DNA of 64,000 nucleotides, from NCBI GenBank assembly GCA_046483795.1, contig JAWOCM010000091.1, forward strand, positions 1 to 64,000. The letters run 5' to 3'. Position numbers and translations under genes: made by a program. Source of the DNA: Desulfuromonadales bacterium (GTDB taxonomy: Bacteria > Desulfobacterota > Desulfuromonadia > Desulfuromonadales > JAWOCM01). The notes under the pieces are model-generated. The model saw nothing but the letters and a program-made list of their open reading frames with translations. It had not been told where the DNA came from and did not search any database. Below are positions 45,116-53,664 of this stretch, in pieces (position 1 is the stretch's first letter; every line of letters begins with the position of its first letter).

Positions 45116-47272
45116 ATGAACAAAGAGCGAACACGCCAGTACAAGCAACGCATCAGCAAGGCCCTGGCCACTCCGCGATTGCAGCAGGCTCTGCACCAGT
45201 TCGGAGATGCCTACGTCCTCTCCCGCCAGAAAGCATTTGACGACTATGATTTCGAGGAGATGCGTACCGGGATAGCTGCCATGAAAAACGGCGTCCTGGA
45301 AAACCGCCGGGAGCTGCTCGAGGAGTTCACCCGCAACGCAGAGGCTGCAGGCGCCACGGTGTTCCTCGCCAGCACCGCCGAGGAGGCGAACGCCTACATT
45401 GCGGATCTGGCAAAAAAACGCGACGTCAGGAAGATCGTCAAGAGCAAGAGCATGGCCAGCGAGGAGATCCACCTCAACAAGGCCCTGGAAAAGGTGGGCG
45501 CCGATGTGGTGGAAACTGATCTTGGCGAGTGGATTATACAACTTGCAGGGCAGAGGCCCAGCCACATGGTCATGCCGGCTATCCATATGTTTCGCGACGA
45601 GGTTGCCGAGCTTTTCGGACAGGTGACGGGGAAGCAGGAACCTGATGAAATCGGGCACCTGGTCGAAGTCGCCAGACAGCAGCTGCGCAACGAATACCTG
45701 ACGGCCGACATGGGCATAACCGGCGCCAATGCCGCGGTGGCAGAGACCGGCGGCCTGGCCCTGGTGACCAACGAGGGCAATGCGCGCCTGGTCAGCACCC
45801 TGCCGAAGATTCACGTGGCCCTGGTGGGCATCGAAAAGCTGGTGCCGACCATCGAGGACGCCGTCAACGTCATCCGGATTCTGCCCAAGAACGCCACCGG
45901 CCAGGCGATCACCTCCTACATCTCCTGGATACGGGGCGCGGTACCCTGCGGTGACGAAGAAAAGGAGCTACACATCGTGCTGCTCGATGCCGGACGCAGC
46001 GCCCTGGCGAAATCGCCACACTGCAGGGACGCCCTGCGCTGCATCCGCTGCGGCGCCTGCGCCAATGTCTGCCCCGTGTACCAGACGGTCGGCGGCCACG
46101 TATTCGGCCACGTCTACATCGGCGCCATCGGCATAATCCTCACCGCTTTCTTCCACGGCCTCGACAAAGCCGCCGAGATCGTTCGCGCCTGCATCGGCTG
46201 CCGCGCCTGCGTCGCGGTGTGTCCAAGCAACATCGATCTGGAATCGATCATCCTGCATCTGCGTGAATCTATAGGCGACGAGGAGGGCATCGGCGCAGGC
46301 AAGTCGCTGGTGTTCCGCAGGATCATGCGCAACCGCAGACTGTTCCACTCCATGATCCGCGCCGCCAGCATGCTGCAGAGACCGGTCACCCGGGGCGAGC
46401 GCACCATCCGCCACCTGCCGATGTTCTTCTCCGGGCTTACCGACTGGCGCACCCTTCCGGCTATCGCAGAAAAACCGCTGCGCGACACCTTTGGAGCGAT
46501 CCCTCAAAAAACGGACAAGCCCACACTCCGGATCGCCTTTTTCGCCGGCTGCGCCAACGACTTTCTCTATCCTGAACTGGGCAGGGATCTGGTCGAAGTG
46601 CTGAATCACTTCGGCGCCGAGGTCATCTTTCCCGAAAAGCAGAACTGCTGCGGCATTCCAGCCCTCTACTCAGGCGACAAGGAGACGGCGGTGGAACTGG
46701 CCGAGCAGAATGTTGAAGCGATGCTCGAAGATGAGCCCGACTATATCCTGACCACCTGCCCCACCTGCACCATGGCCCTTCAGCGTGATTTCGTGGACCA
46801 CCTCAGAGATAATCCGGTGTGGGCTCAAAAAGCCGAAAAGCTGGCCTCGAAAACCATAGACGCGAGCCAGTTCATCGCCGACGTGCTTGGCGGAACAGAG
46901 GCTTTGAAAGGAATGGCGGAGGCGCGGAAAGTGACATACCACGACTCCTGCCACCTCAAGCGCGGCGCCGGCGTCTGGCAGCAGCCGCGTGCCCTTCTGG
47001 CCTCGGCCGGACACGAGGTCGTTGAAATGGCTCATGCCGATCGCTGCTGCGGCTTCGGAGGCTCCTACTCCTTTACCAGCCACCCGAATATCGCCAGAAG
47101 CATTCTCGACGACAAGATCAACGATATCGGGGAAAGCGGCGCTGAGTGGGTCGCCATGGACTGCCCCGGCTGCATGCTGCAGATTCGCGGCGGATTGGAA
47201 AAGCAGGAGAAAGACATCCGCACCGCCCATACCATCGAGCTTCTTGCTGAAAGCCTGCGTCGCAAGAGTTGA
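45116..47272 (+). CDS. LutB-LutA fusion: LUD/4Fe-4S lactate utilization protein fused to a CCG-domain Fe-S oxidoreductase
   Basis: 718 aa. The N-terminal two-thirds is LutB-like (GITGANAAVAETGGLALVTNEGNARL; CIRCGACANVCP; CIGCRACVAVCP). The C-terminal third is LutA-like, with two CCG motifs (QNCCGIP, ADRCCGFGG). Confidence 0.85.
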   Translation: MNKERTRQYKQRISKALATPRLQQALHQFGDAYVLSRQKAFDDYDFEEMRTGIAAMKNGVLENRRELLEEFTRNAEAAGATVFLASTAEEANAYIADLAKKRDVRKIVKSKSMASEEIHLNKALEKVGADVVETDLGEWIIQLAGQRPSHMVMPAIHMFRDEVAELFGQVTGKQEPDEIGHLVEVARQQLRNEYLTADMGITGANAAVAETGGLALVTNEGNARLVSTLPKIHVALVGIEKLVPTIEDAVNVIRILPKNATGQAITSYISWIRGAVPCGDEEKELHIVLLDAGRSALAKSPHCRDALRCIRCGACANVCPVYQTVGGHVFGHVYIGAIGIILTAFFHGLDKAAEIVRACIGCRACVAVCPSNIDLESIILHLRESIGDEEGIGAGKSLVFRRIMRNRRLFHSMIRAASMLQRPVTRGERTIRHLPMFFSGLTDWRTLPAIAEKPLRDTFGAIPQKTDKPTLRIAFFAGCANDFLYPELGRDLVEVLNHFGAEVIFPEKQNCCGIPALYSGDKETAVELAEQNVEAMLEDEPDYILTTCPTCTMALQRDFVDHLRDNPVWAQKAEKLASKTIDASQFIADVLGGTEALKGMAEARKVTYHDSCHLKRGAGVWQQPRALLASAGHEVVEMAHADRCCGFGGSYSFTSHPNIARSILDDKINDIGESGAEWVAMDCPGCMLQIRGGLEKQEKDIRTAHTIELLAESLRRKS

Positions 47273-47296
47273 CCCTCCCCCTCTTCTCCCACATAT

Positions 47297-47331
47297 GGCC
47301 CCGGCTTCTCCTCCAGCCGGGGCATTTTTTT
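47297..47331 (+). terminator. Rho-independent terminator after lutBA
   Basis: GCCCCGGCT-TCTCCTCC-AGCCGGGGC followed by ATTTTTTT. Confidence 0.75.
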
Positions 47332-47390
47332 CGGCTTTTCCAGCCCTGGGAGGCTGCCCCGGACTATTCATGAGCCGGCTGCCGATCCGG

Positions 47391-49091
47391 CTACCCGCCA
47401 CGGCCGCTCCTGGCCAGGGCGAGAAATTCGGTGTGTCCTGAAATATGGAGCATCTTTTCGCGCTCAGCACCGATATCCTTGAAGGTTGAGGCGATGTCGG
47501 CAAGAATCTCCAGCTGGGCACCGTCGTCATGCAGAGGGGTCAGAATAAGGAAGACGATCTGTGCCGGCATACCGTCCGGCGCATCGAAATCGACCCCCTT
47601 CTCCGACAGACCGACGCCGAGCACCGGCGCCTCGAGGCCTTCGAGGCGTGCATGCGGCACGGCCACCCCCTGCCCGATTCCTGTAGCCATGATGCGTTCC
47701 CGGGAAAATGCCGCTGCCTTGATCGTGGCCGCGTCGATATTCGCCAGCGGCGCCAGCGCTGATGCCAGCTCGCCGATCACCTCGACAGGACTCTCGCCCC
47801 TAAGGCGAGCGACAAAACCCGGCGCATCCAGGTAATCGGTAAAACGCCGTGGTTTCTTCAGTCGAAGGATGCGCTGCAGCATGGGGCCGCTGACCAGGGA
47901 CGTCACCAGGGCCATGACCACCAGGGAGACAAAGACCTCCTGGCCGATAAAGCCGAACTGCAGGGCAAGAACGCCGAGGATGATCCCCATTGTCCCCTGT
48001 GCGCCCATACCGAATCCCGCCCCCCATGACTCGCGCCAGGACAGCCCGCCGACCCGTCCGCCCAGCGCGCTGCCGGCCACCTTGCCTGTCATGGCCAGGA
48101 CCAGGACGATCAGGGTCAGGGACAGATCGAAGTGCGCTGCGAAATCGACCTTCAGCCCGATGCTGGCGAAAAAGAGAGGGGCGAAGAAAAAGGAGACGAA
48201 CTGTTCGAGGGTGGTGCGCGTCTGTTCACGCAGATGGGAAGACTGGCCGAGGGCGACGCCAGCCAGAAAGGAGCCGAAGATAGCGTGAATGCCGAGCCAT
48301 TCCGTGAATGAGGCGGCAAACAGGGCGAGAGTGAAGGCGAAACCGAGAACCCCGCCGGGCCAGCTGGTATAGGCCTGGATCCAGGGGAGCACCCGGTGGA
48401 TGAGCCAGGGCACGACGGTGAGCATAGCCAGGGTAAAGACGATGGTCAAACCGACCGTGTGCCCCAGGGCAAGGCCGCTACCGTGATCGGCTCCGGCCAG
48501 GCTGAGGATCATGGCGAAGACCAGCCAGCCGAGCAGATCGTTGAAAACCGCCGCGGCAATCACGGTGACGCCCAGGTCGCTGCGATAGAGGTTGAGGTCC
48601 ATGAGGATCTTGACGATGATCGGCAGCGCGGAGATGGAGAGGGCCGTCGCCATGAAAAGGGCAAAGACCAGCGGGTCGGCACCAGGCTGATAGCCCATGA
48701 TCCCCGGAAGGAACCAGGCTGCGGCAAAACCCAGGACGAAGGGGAAAAACATGCCCGCCAGGGCAACGCAAATTGCTGCTCGTCCCTGCCGCCAGACAGT
48801 GCGCAGGTCGATCTCGATTCCGGCGACCAGCAGGAAGAGTGCGATAGCGAGAGTGGTCAGCCCGTCCAGAACCAGGGCCCCTGCGCCTTGCGTAGGGAAA
48901 AGCGCTTCGCTCAGCCGGGGGGCCATTCCCCCGAGAACCGTCGGGCCGAGAAGGATGCCGGCCATGATTTCGCCAAGCACCGGCGGTAGATTGCATCCTT
49001 TGGCCAGCTCGCCAAGCGCGCGGGCCGAAAAGAGAAGCGCGCCCAGGGCGAGGAACATCATGGTGATATCGTGTGGCGAGAGACTGTCCAT
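47391..49091 (-). CDS. CPA2 cation:proton antiporter fused to a C-terminal PTS EIIA (type 2, EIIA-Ntr-like) domain
   Basis: 566 aa. The Na_H_Exchanger membrane domain covers about 400 aa. The C-terminus has the EIIA-2 pattern with the phosphorylatable His (ATGIGQGVAVPHARLEG). Confidence 0.85.
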   Translation of the reverse strand: MDSLSPHDITMMFLALGALLFSARALGELAKGCNLPPVLGEIMAGILLGPTVLGGMAPRLSEALFPTQGAGALVLDGLTTLAIALFLLVAGIEIDLRTVWRQGRAAICVALAGMFFPFVLGFAAAWFLPGIMGYQPGADPLVFALFMATALSISALPIIVKILMDLNLYRSDLGVTVIAAAVFNDLLGWLVFAMILSLAGADHGSGLALGHTVGLTIVFTLAMLTVVPWLIHRVLPWIQAYTSWPGGVLGFAFTLALFAASFTEWLGIHAIFGSFLAGVALGQSSHLREQTRTTLEQFVSFFFAPLFFASIGLKVDFAAHFDLSLTLIVLVLAMTGKVAGSALGGRVGGLSWRESWGAGFGMGAQGTMGIILGVLALQFGFIGQEVFVSLVVMALVTSLVSGPMLQRILRLKKPRRFTDYLDAPGFVARLRGESPVEVIGELASALAPLANIDAATIKAAAFSRERIMATGIGQGVAVPHARLEGLEAPVLGVGLSEKGVDFDAPDGMPAQIVFLILTPLHDDGAQLEILADIASTFKDIGAEREKMLHISGHTEFLALARSGRGG

Positions 49092-49120
49092 TGCTGCTTC
49101 CCGGAAGGTTTTTAATTGGG

Positions 49121-49149
49121 ATTATGGCAAAAGCCAAACGCCCGGTCAA
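49121..49149 (-). promoter_or_regulatory. Sigma70-type promoter candidate for the antiporter gene
   Basis: The minus strand reads TTGACC (49149..49144), a 17-nt spacer, then CATAAT (49126..49121). It lies about 30 nt upstream of ATG 49091. Confidence 0.5.
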
Positions 49150-49250
49150 TTTATACCACATGCACAATAAAATCTCATGCGCCTGACCACCGCACCAAGG
49201 ATCGTGCGAAACCATCGAGCCGGTGCCGCCTCCGCATGGTGAGACCCTCC

Positions 49251-50000
49251 TCAGCCCCTGCCTCCGCGCGGCGCCCGGCCATGGAAAATGACGGCAATGA
49301 GCAGTCCGCCCAGGAACCCGCCGATATGCGCCCCGTGCGCCACTCCGGAGCCCCCTCCTGCATTGACGAGAAAGGGCAGCAGGTTGTCGACCAGCAGGTA
49401 GAGACCGAGGACCAGGGGGGCCGGAATGAGGACAACGTCCATGATGATGGGAAAGAGAAAAATAAAAACCTTCACCTGGTTGCGAGGAAACCAGACAAAA
49501 TAGCACCCGAGAACACCGGAAATCGCACCTGAGGCGCCGAGCATGGGGACTTGCGAACCAGGGACGAAGAAAGAGAAGAAGAGTGTGGCGACAACTCCCG
49601 AAGCGAGATAAGCCCCGAGAAATCCGATATGTCCGAGGCGGGCTTCGACATTGTTCCCGAAAATCCAGAGATAAATCATGTTGCCGATCAGATGGAACCA
49701 GCTGGCATGGAGAAAAAGAGAGCTGAAAAGGGTCACCAGGGAAGCATCCGCCGGCCGGAAGCCGTAGCGAAAAACAAAAAGGTCGTAAGCGGAAACCTGC
49801 TGGCGGAGTTGCTGCATATCGACCCCCCGCCTGCTCATGACCTCGATAAATGTCGTATAAAGCGGGTCGGTGGTATCTGGTGCGGCAGTCATAAGGGGCA
49901 GGGAAACCAGAAGAAACACCCCGATATTCAAGGCCATCAACGCCCAGGTGATCCAGGCGGCCTTACTCGGATTCGGAGTATCTCCGACGGGCAGAAACAT
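49251..50000 (-). CDS. Rhomboid family intramembrane serine protease
   Basis: Track ORF 49251..50111. ATG 50000 follows AGGAGGAG at 7-nt spacing. Motifs: HASWFHLIGNM, the catalytic GASGAISGVLG, and the His in AHGAHIGGFLGG. Confidence 0.85.
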   Translation of the reverse strand: MFLPVGDTPNPSKAAWITWALMALNIGVFLLVSLPLMTAAPDTTDPLYTTFIEVMSRRGVDMQQLRQQVSAYDLFVFRYGFRPADASLVTLFSSLFLHASWFHLIGNMIYLWIFGNNVEARLGHIGFLGAYLASGVVATLFFSFFVPGSQVPMLGASGAISGVLGCYFVWFPRNQVKVFIFLFPIIMDVVLIPAPLVLGLYLLVDNLLPFLVNAGGGSGVAHGAHIGGFLGGLLIAVIFHGRAPRGGRG

Positions 50001-50120
50001 TGCGGAACTCCTCCTGACTTGAGACGATGAAATCTGTCGGTCAAGAATAGCAGAATCGGAGGAAACACCAAACTCTGAGATGCAGTCACCGGTACTCTGC
50101 GAGTTCCGCACCGAGACGAT

Positions 50121-50249
50121 CTACTCTTCGGGGTTTACGGATTCCTCCTCTTTTTTCTCCTGTTTTTTCTGGTTCTTTTCCTCCTTTTTCGCTTTTTTCG
50201 CCAGCTCCTTCTGTCGTTTCTCGAATCCGTAATTGGGTTTTCGGGCCAT
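50121..50249 (-). CDS. Small Lys/Glu-rich protein (42 aa), hypothetical
   Basis: Not in the ORF track because it is under 60 aa. The minus strand has ATG 50249 preceded by GGAAAGGA. Translation: MARKPNYGFEKRQKELAKKAKKEEKNQKKQEKKEEESVNPEE, stop TAG. It lies between the cspA terminator and the rhomboid gene. Confidence 0.4.
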   Translation of the reverse strand: MARKPNYGFEKRQKELAKKAKKEEKNQKKQEKKEEESVNPEE

Positions 50250-50300
50250 CAGGTCATCCTTTCCGCTGGAAGCATCCAGCAGATGAAAAAAATCGCAGCA

Positions 50301-50339
50301 AAAACAAAAAGGCCCCGCGAAAATTCGCGGGGCCTTTTT
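50301..50339 (-). terminator. Rho-independent terminator after cspA (bidirectional shape)
   Basis: AAAAA-GGCCCCGCGA-AAAT-TCGCGGGGCC-TTTTT. On the minus strand the hairpin is followed by TTTTTGTTTTT. Confidence 0.8.
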
Positions 50340-50362
50340 GCAGGTTTAAAGCAAAAGTTTGC

Positions 50363-50563
50363 TTAAATCTTGCGAACGTTGGACGATTGAGGGCCTTTTT
50401 GACCTTGGGTGACCTCAAAGCTTACACGCTCACCTTCGGCGAGAGATTTGAAACCTTCGCCCTGGACTTCGGAGAAATGCACAAACACGTCAGGCCCGTT
50501 ATCCTGCTCGATAAAACCAAAACCCTTAGCGTCGTTGAACCACTTCACTGTACCTTCTACCAT
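50363..50563 (-). CDS. cspA: Cold shock protein (CspA family)
   Basis: 66 aa: [33 protein letters not shown]..., with canonical RNP1 and RNP2 motifs. Confidence 0.92.
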   Translation of the reverse strand: MVEGTVKWFNDAKGFGFIEQDNGPDVFVHFSEVQGEGFKSLAEGERVSFEVTQGQKGPQSSNVRKI

Positions 50564-50927
50564 TTTGTTCTCTCCATGTTCCCCTGTTGGGAACTTTTTT
50601 GTTGTGCAAATCCCGATCGCCCTGAAATTAAAAAAACACCCAGCCCAAAGTGGTCTGCGTGTTTTGATTCATCTTGACACCTTGTCAATCTGGTGAGCGA
50701 CGAAAGCACCTACACAAACTTGCTTAAGTAAAGTAAAGGTAGCACGGTTGCCTTTCAAAAGGCAAGGGCTAAATATGAATAAAAAAAGAAAAATAATCCA
50801 GGGGTGCAGCATCCAACACAAGCCAAGTCCCATCAGCTGTTTCAGGCCTCTCTTCCTTTTGAAATTTCCCATCCGACCCCAACTGTGGCAGAATGAGATG
50901 GCAGTCTCACCACAATGGAGCCTTTTC

Positions 50928-52043
50928 ATGCCCGATTTTCATGAAGCCGTCAGTTCCCTGACCGCCGAACTGCCCCGCACCGAACTGGCACATATGATCC
51001 GCACCGTACGCGCCCTGGACCGTCTGAGCCGCAGCCAGGCCTACCGACGACTCATCGACCTCGCTCTGCCAGAAACGGCCCGGTTTAATCCGGGCCACGA
51101 TTCTGTGATGATGGGTTACGACTTCCACCTGAGCTCTGAAGGCATCAAGCTGATCGAGGTCAATACAAACGCAGGTGGGGGCCTGCTCTCCTTCCTGGCT
51201 CATGTCCCCCATTCCGTCCTCGCCCATCTCGATCTGCCCCACCGGCTTGAGAGCCAGCTGCTTCGCTCTTTTGCTGAGGAAAAAGGTAGCTTCCAGGGCA
51301 TCGGCTCCTCGCAGCCCAGACACATAGCCATCATCGACGAGTTCCCTGAAGAGCAGTTCCTGTATCCGGAGATGAAAGCCTTTGCCGAGCTTTTCCGCAA
51401 TTGGGGCAGTGAGGTAGTGATCGCCGACCCTTCGGAACTCGAAGCCGGCCACCAGGGCGTCAACCACAATGGCCGGCCAATCGATCTGATCTACAACCGC
51501 CACTGCGATTTCTACCTGGAAAGCGAAGCGATGAGCGGCATTCGAGCTGCTTATCTGGCAGGCGCCGTATGCCTCACTCCCAACCCCTTTACCTACGGCC
51601 TTCTGGCAGACAAACGTCGGATGGTTTTGTGGAGCGACGCCGATCTTCTCAGCCGCCTTGGCCCTGCTGAAAAAGCGTGCGAACTGCTGACGAAGATCGT
51701 GCCCGAAAGTCACCTTCTCTGCGATATGGAAAGGGACAGTCTCTGGAAGGATCGTAAACGGTGGGTTTTCAAGCCGGTCTCGCGCTTCGGCAGCCGCGGA
51801 GTGCTGTTGGGGAAAAAAATATCCCGCCGGCGCTTCGATGAACTCGACCCCGAAGATACCCTCGTTCAGCGCCTGGCCGAGCCGTCCGTCACCGGAGCAA
51901 ACACCGATATGCCGATGAAGACCGACTTCAGGCTCTATGCCTACCGCCACAATATCCTCGGAGTCGCGGCGCGACTTTATCAGGGGCAGGTCACCAACAT
52001 GCGCACGGCAGGTGGGGGGTTCGCCCCGGTGCGGCTCGTCTGA
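50928..52043 (+). CDS. ATP-grasp-like protein of unknown function (pre-ATP-grasp / circularly permuted type)
   Basis: Track ORF 50748..52043. ATG 50928 follows GGAG at 7-nt spacing; in-frame alternatives are 50775 and 50898. YDFHLSSEGIKLIEVNTNAGGG resembles the D-x-x-...-K-L-x-E-x-N segment of glutathionylspermidine-synthase-type ATP-grasp enzymes. The C-terminus is FRLYAY...GVAARLYQGQVTNMRTAGGGFAPV. Confidence 0.55.
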   Translation: MPDFHEAVSSLTAELPRTELAHMIRTVRALDRLSRSQAYRRLIDLALPETARFNPGHDSVMMGYDFHLSSEGIKLIEVNTNAGGGLLSFLAHVPHSVLAHLDLPHRLESQLLRSFAEEKGSFQGIGSSQPRHIAIIDEFPEEQFLYPEMKAFAELFRNWGSEVVIADPSELEAGHQGVNHNGRPIDLIYNRHCDFYLESEAMSGIRAAYLAGAVCLTPNPFTYGLLADKRRMVLWSDADLLSRLGPAEKACELLTKIVPESHLLCDMERDSLWKDRKRWVFKPVSRFGSRGVLLGKKISRRRFDELDPEDTLVQRLAEPSVTGANTDMPMKTDFRLYAYRHNILGVAARLYQGQVTNMRTAGGGFAPVRLV

Positions 52044-52067
52044 GGCTCAGGGAGCAGAAGGGCCCCT

Positions 52068-52769
52068 CTACCAGGGCAGGTCTTCGCCCTCGAAAGTGAG
52101 AAATCGTCCGTTGTCGGAGGGGGACAAACCACACAGGACCCGATAGATGCCCACGGCACTTTCCGATGGCAAAGTCGGCGCCTTATCGCCCCCCATATCT
52201 GTGCGCACCCAGCCGGGATGAAAAACGGTCGAGATAATCCCCTGCCCGGCCAGATCGATCGATAGGTTTTTCATCACCATGTTCACCGCCGCTTTTGAAG
52301 TCCGGTAGCAATAAAGGCCGCCGGAACCGTTATCGGCAATCGAGCCGAGAAGACTGCCCATGGTGGCTATGATGCGCCGATCGCTGCGTGCGACCTGTTC
52401 GACGAATGCCTCCGCCATTTTCAGCGGGGCGATTGTATTGACATGAAACACCTCCAGCCATATATCGACAGGAACATCACCAAAGCCTTGAACGCCTTTC
52501 GGACCGGAAATCCCCGCGTTGTTGAAGAGGATATCGATCGATTCTTCGGCCAACTCCTGACTCAAGACCTGCACCTGCTCCAGGTCAGTCACATCGAGGG
52601 CGAACACCTGAATCCTCTCCTCGAATTCCCTGACCAGTTCTCCGAGATCCTCTGCCTTGTCCGGCTCCCGGCAACAGGCAAACACTTTCCAGCCATCGGT
52701 CGCAAAGCACCGGGTCAGCTCCAACCCGATGCCGCGGTTGGCCCCGGTTACCAAAATTGTTTCAGCCAT
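52068..52769 (-). CDS. Short-chain dehydrogenase/reductase (SDR), C-factor-like
   Basis: 233 aa with motifs ILVTGANRGIGLEL, NNAG, and the catalytic YRTSK. Confidence 0.85.
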   Translation of the reverse strand: MAETILVTGANRGIGLELTRCFATDGWKVFACCREPDKAEDLGELVREFEERIQVFALDVTDLEQVQVLSQELAEESIDILFNNAGISGPKGVQGFGDVPVDIWLEVFHVNTIAPLKMAEAFVEQVARSDRRIIATMGSLLGSIADNGSGGLYCYRTSKAAVNMVMKNLSIDLAGQGIISTVFHPGWVRTDMGGDKAPTLPSESAVGIYRVLCGLSPSDNGRFLTFEGEDLPW

Positions 52770-52779
52770 GAGTCTTCTC

Positions 52780-53187
52780 CTATTCCCAGCGGTCTCCCCG
52801 CTTTTCGAGAACGATATATTCGATCCGGCCGCGGTCGCTGATGAACGAACTGAGCAGGGAACTGACCACGCTGATGATCAGCGATCCGAACAGGGCCGAC
52901 CAGAACCCGTGCACGTGAAACCCACCGATAACCCCCGAGGCCATCATGAGTAGCAGGGCATTGATGACGAAAGTAAAAAAACCCAGCGTCAGGACGTTGA
53001 TCGGCAGGGTGAGTATCAGAAGGATCGGCCGGAAGACTGCATTGAGAAATCCGAGCAGTGCAGCGGCGAGCAAGGCCGAGAAAAAACCGCTTACTTCGAT
53101 GCCGCCCAGCAGATAGGCTGCGGCAAGAATCGCGATGGTCAAAAAAAGCCACCTCAGGAGTATACCTCTCACTCGAACCTCTCTCAT
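52780..53187 (-). CDS. Phage holin family 4 / DUF360 (YvlD-like) membrane protein
   Basis: Track ORF 52780..53220; the start is uncertain (53187 or 53217). There are four transmembrane segments with the motif ALLGFLNAVFRPILLILTLPINVLTLGFFTFVINALLL. Confidence 0.65.
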   Translation of the reverse strand: MREVRVRGILLRWLFLTIAILAAAYLLGGIEVSGFFSALLAAALLGFLNAVFRPILLILTLPINVLTLGFFTFVINALLLMMASGVIGGFHVHGFWSALFGSLIISVVSSLLSSFISDRGRIEYIVLEKRGDRWE

Positions 53188-53292
53188 ATCAGAATAAAAA
53201 TCGTTTCCGGATCCCATCACTGTTTTTGCTTTGTTACAATCCTAACAGACGATCGCTCCTATTGAACGGCTCATTGCAGGGAAAATTAAACC

Positions 53293-53589
53293 ATGACCGA
53301 TAATACCCATGAAGATTCTGTCCCCTTGCCCATTGACGGCACTCTCGATCTGCATACGTTCCGACCATCGGAGATCAAGGACCTGATCCCGGACTATATC
53401 GAGGCCTGCCGGCAGAAAGGGATCCTTCAGTTGCGCATCATCCACGGCAAGGGGACAGGTACCCTGCAGCGCACCGTCCATGCCATCCTCTCCCGCCACC
53501 CCGATGTGATCAACTTTCGACTCGCCGACGAGTCCGGTGGGGGCTGGGGAGCGACTCTGGCGAGTCTGCGCCCATCGAAAAAACCTTAA
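53293..53589 (+). CDS. Smr domain protein
   Basis: 98 aa: LDLHTFRPSEIKDLIPDYIEACRQKGILQLRIIHGKGTGTLQRTV (Smr core LDLHG...HGKG pattern). Confidence 0.8.
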   Translation: MTDNTHEDSVPLPIDGTLDLHTFRPSEIKDLIPDYIEACRQKGILQLRIIHGKGTGTLQRTVHAILSRHPDVINFRLADESGGGWGATLASLRPSKKP

Positions 53590-53609
53590 GAATCTCCCAG
53601 CCTCCTCGC

Positions 53610-53633
53610 AAAAAAGCCGGATTAAAGATCCGG
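53610..53633 (-). terminator. Weak terminator candidate after the 384-aa kinase gene
   Basis: CCGGAT-TAAAG-ATCCGG preceded by A6 on the plus strand, which gives a U-tract on the minus strand. The A-run is part of a CCTCGCAAAAAAGCCGG word that resembles the repeat-family terminal motif. Confidence 0.3.
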
Positions 53634-53664
53634 TAGCCTCAAACGATCTTCCCTCGACTGCTTG

